Below are positions 9,153-17,481 of a DNA stretch of 20,000 bases, in pieces; the stretch's first letter is position 1; each line of letters starts with the position of its first letter. Source of the DNA: Fonticula-like sp. SCN 57-25 (lineage: Eukaryota); assembly GCA_001724245.1 (NCBI GenBank), contig MEDX01000003.1:59787-79786 (forward strand), given 5' to 3'. The notes beneath the pieces were generated by a model. The model did not search any database. It saw only the letters and a list, made by a program, of their open reading frames with translations, and was not told where the DNA came from. The position numbers were made by a program, and so were the translations under genes.

Positions 9153-12013
9153 ATGCCGGCGTTCAGCCCTGCGGCGCCGGTGGCCGGCAGCATCGAGCTG
9201 AGGAGCGCGCGGCTCACATGGGAGCCTGCCCCCGGCGCGCTCTCGTATGAAGTATTAATAAGCAACACGGCGGACGGCACCAACGCGCCGCCCATTCGCA
9301 TCAACGGCGGGACCGGTGCGCTGCATTACGGTTGGTTTGCAACTTGCTAACGCCCCGCCTTGCTAGTGAGGGAGTGCGAATTGAAGGGTCTTCAGCCCGA
9401 CAGCTCCTACACGGTCCTTATAGTTGTGAATTTGCGTGATTTGACACTTCGCTACCCCGAAACCACCTTTACAACGCGCGATCCCACAATTGACGCGCTC
9501 ACCCGCGTCGACAAGATCGCCTCCCGCGGAAGCCCCGTGCGCGCACTCCCCACCGTGACGCCGCCCAAGAGCACCCACTACTCGCCTCATTCGCCGCTTG
9601 CCTTGCCGTCGGAGCGGTTCGGACGGACGCTCGACACGTGCGGGATGCGCGCGACGCCTTCCCCATCACCTGCTCGCGATCCGCCTCGATTCCGCCTCGC
9701 CACACAGCCGATCCAGCGGCGATCGCCCGCGCGCCCAGGCCATACGACGGCACCTTTATCGGTTGTTGCGACGCCTCCGCGCCGTCGCGGCTTCCGTGAC
9801 GACACGGACGATCTTTCGAGCGGGTCGGATGACGATGATTCCTCTGCCGGTTCGCCGTTCGCCGTCTCGTCACCTGCAGGCGTCCGCGTGGCGCCGCGCG
9901 AAGCCGTACTGGCAAAGCTTCTCTCATCATTCACAAGCTCTTCCGACGATATTGAAGAGTCATTTGAAGACGATGTAGCAGACGACGTCGATGCCGCCGT
10001 GCATGAGACGGTCGTGTCGGTACGGCGACAGTACGAGGCTAGCGAGCGGCGATTCCTGCGCGAGAGCGCCCGGGAGCACAACACTGACGAAGAAGAGGAT
10101 TTGGACGACGAGCTGGCAGCGGGTCTTCTTGACGTTTCATATCTTCCGACGCACGCGGCAGAGTCGAACGAGCGGCTGTACAGCAGCACGCAAGACGAGC
10201 CCGAAAATGTCGACAATGTACGTAGTCTTTTTGTTATTGAAAGAAAACTAATTTGCTTCAAGGTTGATACGGCGCCATCGTCCGCGACTGTGCCCGACGC
10301 CCACGCTGCACTCAGCATGTCTCAATTGCAGGCCCCGAGCACAAAGACATTCACGCCCGTCGCTGCTCCCGACCCGCCTCGCACGACACCCCAGCAGCAC
10401 GCGAGCGCCCCAATGCCTTTTACTTCACCTTTTATGCCTTCAGCTCCTTTGGCGTCATCTCCTTTTGCCTCACCTTCACAGCCTTCTTCTTTGACGTCAT
10501 CGTCGTCGCCATTTGCTCCATTGGTCTCTTCACCGCCTATTGCTGCAAGTCAGCCCAAGAGCGCCTTCACTCAGCAACCTGTTGCTCAGCAGCCCAAGAG
10601 TGCATTCACTCAACAGCCAGTTGCTCAGCAGCAGCCATTTGCCCAGCAAACCTCTCCTCAGCAGCCATCATTTGCTCAACCCAAGGCACAGCAGCCACCT
10701 GTTGTTCAACAGCAATCTCCTCTGCAAACTGCTCAGCAAACTCCTCTGCAAACTCCTCTGCAAACTGCTCAGCAAACTGTTCAGCAAACTATTGCTCAGC
10801 CCAAGGCTCAACAACCTCTTGTTCAAGCTCAGCCAAAGGTACAACAACCTGTTGCTCAGCCCAAGAGTGCGCCGCCTTCTTCATCAACACCAGCTACCGC
10901 CCCCACTCCAGCTGCCCCGACACCCGCCGCCACTGCGCCACCCACAGAGCCCAAGCGCGTCCCACGTGGCGTCGGGTCGTTTGAAGCGCAGCGCGAAGGC
11001 GAAGCTCTGTCTGACCACTACGACGAGCTCGAAAAGCTCATGACGCAAATCCCGCCGTACGTTCCTTATTACTTTCAGTATCATGAACTTACCTTTGACT
11101 ATTATAGGAATGCGCGCAGTGATGTTGTGCGTCTCAAAATGAATATCAACAAGCGTGTTTCGCAAATCAACGCATCGCTCGAAAAGGCCGTCGAAGTGGT
11201 ACGTTTTCCCGCCTTTTTCTTTCCTTTCTTCCTTGTCACTCATGTGCATTTCAGGCCGTGCAGCTGTCTGACATTTTGGGCGCGTCCGGCGCCCTTCGCG
11301 GCTACGCTCTTCACACGCTCTGCGGCAAGCTTGTCGAGCAGGCCGCGGCGGAAAACAAGACGCGCTCGCAATTCCTTTCTATTTACCAGGCCATTGCCGC
11401 CATGCTGATCGCCGCCAAGCAGCACGACTTTTGGCCCGCGCTGCACGCGCACCTCGCGCGGTCGTGCCCCCACGTGGTGCCGTGGCGGCCGCTGCCGAGG
11501 GAGGGAGAGAGCACACGTGACTTTATGCTGCGGACGGGCCACGTGCTCGACCCGAATAATGCGAGCGGGTTTGAGGACAGCGAAAAGCACATGGAGCGCG
11601 TGTGCGGCATCTTTGCGCTGTACGCGGCGTTTATGCAGCTACCGACGCCGGCGGTGCTCAAGCACCCGCATAATGCGAGCAGGGCGTGGACGTGGGCGGC
11701 GCGGTATATTAATTTGGCGCCGCAGAGCGCGTCGCTCGATGTTTTCGGCGTGTTTTTAAAGTTCCTGGGGGATGATCTGATGCGCGCGTACGGCGGGCAG
11801 GCGATCAAGATGTTGATGTGCGCGCGGGGGCCGTTTGCGGAAAAGTACGCCGAGACGCACGCGACGGGCAAGTCGGCTGTTGTGCGGCTGCAGATCTTTA
11901 TAGACGACATGATCAAGCACAAAAAGGTGTCGATCGCGCTCGGCGAGCTGGACCCGGCGCTCTTTGAAAAGGCGCTGCAGGACCAGCAGATCATCTTTGC
12001 AAAATTCAAATAA
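9153..12013 (+). CDS. GLE1: Gle1 mRNA-export factor with an N-terminal fibronectin type III domain and a long low-complexity linker, ~885 aa; introns 9316-9366, 10218-10262, 11057-11107, 11199-11254
   Basis: The C-terminal region (KRVSQI, KLVEQA, AHLARSCPHVVP, HMERVCGIFALYAA, HPH...AWTWAARYIN, YGGQAIKML) matches GLE1-domain motifs. The frame is continuous from the FN3 exon. The start could lie further upstream because the frame is open to 8877. Confidence 0.85.
10551..10866 (+). repeat. Coding Q/P-rich tandem repeats inside GLE1
   Basis: 39-nt duplication (QPKSAFTQQPVAQ x2) at 10551-10628, 12-nt CAAACT(CCTCTG/GCTCAG) units at about 10725-10790, and recurring AQPK. Confidence 0.8.
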
Positions 12014-12348
12014 CTTATGCATTATCATTGTACTTTTAATACAGTCTGTATCATTCTTCTTTTGCTTTCGGTATGCGTGCATATGGCTCAGGCTGTATTA
12101 TGGGCGACATATCAAGGAACAAGCGTCGTACTTGACATGCACATAGGCACAATGCATTGCTCGTTTCATGTGTCTTTTTCCAAGCACTAGCACCCCTTGC
12201 TTCATGCTTATAGTCCTTGCTTTGCGCGGCGCGTTCAGGCCACGCTGCCGTTCGCGCCGCCGCCGCCGTTGCATTTGGCGCGCTCGCAGGGGCGGATTCC
12301 GATTGTTGTTTGGTGACAGGCATCCCGTGCGCGCGCCAAAACGCGGTC

Positions 12349-13879
12349 ATGTCGACATCGCTGCCGCGCGGCTTGTACCCGCCGCCCTCTGTCGGCCCCG
12401 ACGAGGACGAGCCCGAAATGGAGGAAGAGGAGGTTGAGGACGAGGAAGAGGGCGTGGACGACCTGGACGAGGAGGAGGAGGAGGATCTCGACGAGTCGGA
12501 CTCTGACGGGCCCATGCTCGTCGACCGGCGCACTGACGACGGCTTTGTCGTCATCGACGACCGCGGCGACGACGACGAGGACGCGCTCATGGACCACTAC
12601 GACCGCAGCGAAATGCTGTCTGTGCAAGCAATGATCAGCGACGCGGCGCCAATGCACCTCGGCGTGCTTCCGCCGACATCTTCCGCGGTCGTGCCGCACC
12701 AGATGCCAATCGTGCGCGCATTCACACTCACGTACGCAATGTCACTCACCAGCACGCGCATAGGCAATTGAGCCACAAAACACCGATGTGCTTGAGGTGC
12801 AGGTGTTTGAAGCCGATCGGCTACGTGGCAGCATCTTTATCGGGCGTGAGAGTAAGCTCTCATCCGTCCGCAAGCGCCTCTACGCTGATCAGGTGCGATA
12901 TATTTACGTTTCTTGCTTCAATTGCTCAATAAACATGCGCAGGTCTTTCCGCGGACGGTCCATATTGTCTTTCTGACGCCCGCCGGCGCGACGATAACCG
13001 GGCGGCAGGAGCGGACTCACCGGCTCGTCATGATTGCGATGCCGCTCGAGGGCGCGGTGCCGCCGGCGCTGCGGCTCCACGTGCGCGCAGAGGTGACGCA
13101 GCGGTCGGCGGGGACGCGCTCGGTGGGGACGCAGACGCCGTCAAAGTTTCCGCGGTTTACGTCGTTTAGCGTGGCGGTGGCGCCGGGGGTCACCGGAGAT
13201 CGGCCATACGTGTGCGATTTTAGGGTACGACCGCCGTTTTTGTGTATTGCCACTGACACAATTTTGCTTATTTTGTCGACATTATTGTTGTTTTTATTGA
13301 TTTTTTATGTGTTTTCTGGTTATTTTCCGTGTATTTTCCCTATCTGTTTCTGTGTCTGTTCCTTTGACCGCTCATATTTCCTTCATTTGTCCTTTCTTTT
13401 GTCCCTTCTTTTGACCTTTTTTCCACCAGAATTGCCTCAAGGCGTACATGAATGCTCGCGCCCTCGAAGAGCACCGTCGGATACACACTGGCGAGCGCCC
13501 CTACGCCTGCGCCGCCAAAGGCTGCGAGCGCTCCTTCCGCACCGCCACCGAGCTCGCCCGCCACAAGCGCCTGCACACTGGCGAAAAGCCGTACGTCTGT
13601 CAGGCACACAACTGCGGCAAAATGTTTCGGCGGCGGCACCACATGGTCGAGCACAGCCGCATGCACTTGCCCGACCGGCCGTTCGAGTGCGAGGTGTGCA
13701 AGCGGACGTTCAAGCACGCCGACTCGCTCAAGCGGCACTTGAAGACGCACGGGGGGGAGGCGCAGGCGACGGTGTCGCCAGAGCTGCCAATTATGTATCC
13801 GCTGAGGATGGCGGGCGAGCAGGCGCAGCAGGGGCAGGCGCAGTACGCGGGGTCGCCATTGGCGGCAATTGTACAATAG
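12349..13879 (+). CDS. C2H2 zinc-finger protein (4 fingers) with an acidic N-terminus, ~407 aa; introns 12712-12763, 12893-12942, 13225-13429
   Basis: Fingers YVCDFR|NCLKAY..HRRIH, YACAAKGC..HKRLH, YVCQAHNC..HSRMH and FECEVC..HLKTH, with TGERP/TGEKP linkers. Splicing restores finger 1. Confidence 0.9.
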
Positions 13880-14327
13880 AAGTGTCTTTGTTTGGTTTGT
13901 TGTAGAATATCAATGCATTTTTCCTTGTCAATATAGTGCCGTTTGTTTGTGTTACAGAGATAATATCCATTAATATAATAAATATTGTGTAATTTCCTGC
14001 AGGGGGTGAAAGAGAATGTGACTGGAATTTTGGCGCGCAAATCTGAAATGGGAATGTCGCTGATGATCCTCAGCAAAACTTCGACATAAATTCAAATAAT
14101 AAAAACAAAACGTTATGGTTAACAGAACCATTTACAGCGGTGTATTATTGCACAGGAGCGCGTTCTTTGTAAGCACGCCGCGGCCGTGCCGCGTCACTAT
14201 AGTTCAATAAACTTCATCCTGGTTCTCACACAGTCTGGAATCCGGGGTAGATTCGACCCCAGAGTCCGGTGTGATGCAACCTTTTCCGTCATCGCCACGC
14301 GCTCTGCCAAGGTTACCCACAGCCGGC

Positions 14328-16066
14328 ATGTCGTCGGAGCAGACCAAGGGCGCCGATGGCGTCGACAACACCGAGGCCGACAGGAACATTCAGATCTGGA
14401 AGGTCAAGAAGCTTATTAAGAGCCTCGAGGCCGCTCGCGGGTACGCCTTAAAACCTTTTTTCCCCTTTTTTGTCTGGATCTCGCTCCTGTTTCTTTCCCT
14501 TTTGCTCACCGCGCGCGCCATGCCTGCAGTAACGGCACCAGCATGATCTCGCTCATTATCCCCCCGAAGGATCAGATTGCGCGTGTGTCAAAGATGCTTG
14601 CCGACGAGTTGGGCACTGCCAATAACATCAAGAGTCGCGTCAATCGCCTGTCTGTGCTGGGCGCCATCACGTCGACCATGCAGCGCCTCAAGCTGTACAC
14701 CAAGGGTACGCGCGCGCCGCATCTTTTCTCGCCACATTATTCCTAACGCCTCTTTTTACGTGTTTTCAGTCCCGCCGAACGGCCTTATTGTGTACTGCGG
14801 CACGATCATGACCGCCGAAGGCAAGGAAAAGAAGGTCAATATTGACTTTGAGCCCTTCAAGCCGATCAACACCTCCCTGTACCTCTGCGACAACAAGTTC
14901 CACACGGAAGCCCTTTCCGAGCTCATGGAGTCTGACAGCCGCTTTGGCTTCATCATCATGGACGGTTCCGGCACCCTCTACGGCGCCGTGTCTGGCAACA
15001 CGCGCGAGGTCCTCCACAAGTTCACTGTCGATCTCCCCAAGAAGCACGGCCGCGGTGGTCAGTCCGCGCTCCGTTTCGCGCGTCTCCGTGTCGAGAAGCG
15101 CCACAATTACATGCGCAAGGTGTCTGAGCTTGCGACCCAATTTTTCATCACGAACGATCGGCCCAACGTTGCCGGCCTCGTGCTCGCCGGCTCGGCCGAC
15201 TTTAAGACCGAGCTGAGCCAGTCCGAGATGTTTGACCCGCGCCTCGCCACCAAGGTCGTCAAGATTGTCGACATTTCGTACGGCGGCGAGTCGGGCTTTA
15301 ACCAGGCCATCGAGCTCGCCGGCGAGGCGCTCAACAATGTCAAGTTCATCCAGGAGAAGAAGCTCATCCAGGCGTACTTTGACCTCATCTCGGCCGACAC
15401 GGGGCGCTACTGCTTTGGTGTCAACGACACGTTCAAGGCGCTCGACATGGGAGCGGTTGAGACGCTCATCGTGTACGAGGGGCTCGAGACGATTCGTTAC
15501 CACCTCAAAAACGCGCAGACCAACGGTACGAAATGGCGAGGAAAAGTTATTTGATCGTGATTTTGAATATTGTATTTGATTATGTTTGAAAAGATTGAAT
15601 ATTGTGCTTGAATATGATTGAAAAGTATTAGTATTGTGCTTGAATATGCTTGAAAAGTTTTAATATTGTGCTTGAGTATGTTGACATATTTTGAATATTG
15701 TGCTTGAGTATCTTGATGCTGTCCACTTTCCCATACCTTTCCCATACGTTCGCTGACACCCCCCCAGAGGAAAAGGTTCTGTTCCTCACCAACAATCAGG
15801 AGGGCGAGCAGTACAAGGACCCCGTCACCGGCGAAGAGTACGAAGTCCTCGAGAAGCTGCCCCTCATGGAGTGGTTCGCCGACAACTACAAAAAGTTTGG
15901 CGCCAACCTCGAGTTTGTCACCAACAAGTCGCCCGAGGGCTCGCAGTTTGTCAAGGGCTTTGGCGGCATTGGCGGCATCTTGCGGTACCAGGTCAACTTT
16001 AGCCAGATGGAGGAGGACGAGGACCAGGACGACATTTACCTGTCCGACAGCGACGAGGACTACTAG
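14328..16066 (+). CDS. SUP45: Eukaryotic peptide chain release factor 1 (eRF1), ~447 aa; introns 14441-14529, 14706-14769, 15526-15767
   Basis: [31 protein letters not shown] and [11 protein letters not shown] motifs plus an acidic tail. Confidence 0.99.
15563..15716 (+). repeat. AT-rich 32-bp minisatellite (~5 copies) in eRF1 intron 3
   Basis: TATTGT(GC/AT)TTGA starts at 15568, 15600, 15632, 15664 and 15696, an exact 32-bp period. Confidence 0.9.
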
Positions 16067-16417
16067 ACGCGAGGCGAACGTCTCGGTGCAGGCACGTGAC
16101 GAGTGGCGCAAATGTGACATTTGTTATTCGATATTGCGCTGTGCAGGGGCGCAATAGTTTAACGCGCGACTCAATTGGCTAGGTTTACACTTTTTTACTC
16201 CTTTTCACTACTCTTTTTCCCTCTTTCTGTTCTGTTTTTTCCTTCTATTCTTTTCGTCGTCTTTTTGGTGTGCTGCGGATGTATCTTTTCGCGCGCGCTT
16301 TTCCTTTGCGTGCTGGCCGTGATCGGCGGCATTTCAGACTCTCAATGTATACAACCGAAACAAAATTAGCGGCTCTTTATAGTAGTGTACACGGCAAAAA
16401 GCGGGTGAAATTCGGCC

Positions 16418-17370
16418 TCATTTCGTCCGAAGCGCCTGCAGACGCGGCAAAATTTCCTTTTCCACAAAGGCGATGCTCTTGAGCAGACCTAGAAAGTGTC
16501 ACGTGAGCGCGATGCAGCGCATCGTCAATGCGTGCCTTGGTCAACGTAGACGGCGCCCACGATCGCCTCCAGGGCCGTCGCCGCCATCGTCTGCGACACA
16601 TCCGTGACACCAGGCCCCACCTGCAGGCGCGTCAAATGGTTAGAGAAAGGTCAAAGAAAAGATGATTCGGACCTTGAGGTACTTTGGCACGGTGAAGCCG
16701 GCGGCGACCTGCGCAAAGAGCTGATTCGAGCGCATTTCGTGGCTCTTTGGCGTAAAATGTTCCCACTAGCAGTGCACATGATCGTGAGCATTTCAGTGTC
16801 AAGATGATGGCGGCGTACCGTGACGGGCCCGCTTGGCGTCTGCGCCACCGTCGTTAGGACGATCATGTTGAGCACGCCGTCGCCGAGCATGGCGAGCCTG
16901 CAGCCCCGCGGTGTTAGCAAACAATCCTGCGATCAAGCGGCGCACCATCTGTTGGAGAGGAGCCCCGTGCGGGTCGTGTCGCCGCCCGTCGATCCCGCCT
17001 CCTTTGACGAGAGCGTCACATTGACATAGGACGAGTGCATCAGCGCCTGCGCCAGCAGCACGCGGTCCTTGAACGACACATTCAGCTGCGCCTCTAGATC
17101 CTTCAAAGACTCCCAAAAGTCGTTTGGAAGCCGGAGGAGATCGAGATGGTTGGGCGTCAGGCGGAACTGGCCCGGCATGCGCGGGTGAAGCGTCGGCGAA
17201 GACATGTTGCGGACATCGTCCGACGTCTTTTCGGAAGAAGGCGACGCCGGCCCGGCCATGGGTGTCAGACGCTGCGCATGGCGAGATAGATCGCTCGTCT
17301 GCTGCGCGCCGCGCTGGTGCGGGGCGACGCCGCTCGATGCCGCCGCCACTTGCCGCACCGCCCGCCGCAT
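16418..17370 (-). CDS. Single RNase III-domain protein without dsRBD, degenerate active site, possible mitochondrial presequence, ~250 aa; introns 16898-16945, 16766-16818, 16621-16672, 16489-16535 (GC-AG)
   Basis: LEAQLNVSFKDRVLLAQALMHSSY, SNRWLAMLGDGVL, RSNQLFAQVA and ATALEAIVGAVYVDQG...AFVEKEILP follow the RNase III fold. The start codon is uncertain. Confidence 0.85.
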
Positions 17371-17481
17371 CAGGATGCAAACTAAACAGAGTTTGCAAAG
17401 CTGCAAACTGATCGCAGTTTGCACCGATTTGCTAACACGCAGGGCGCCAAAAAGCGCGCGGGCGTCAGCGAGGTGCAAGCA

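Noticed and set aside
14237-14267. tRNA-like element (GGGGTAGATTCGACCCC hairpin with TTCGA) upstream of eRF1
   Set aside because: It is only a single imperfect hairpin, and no cloverleaf or A-box can be built.
3164-15503. Long antisense ORFs opposite SKN7, INO1, GLE1 and eRF1
   Set aside because: They are expected from high GC3 codon bias and have no recognisable motifs.
15563-15716. CRISPR-like array (also considered for 2690-2813)
   Set aside because: The units are contiguous or degenerate with no unique spacers, the context is eukaryotic, and there are no cas genes.
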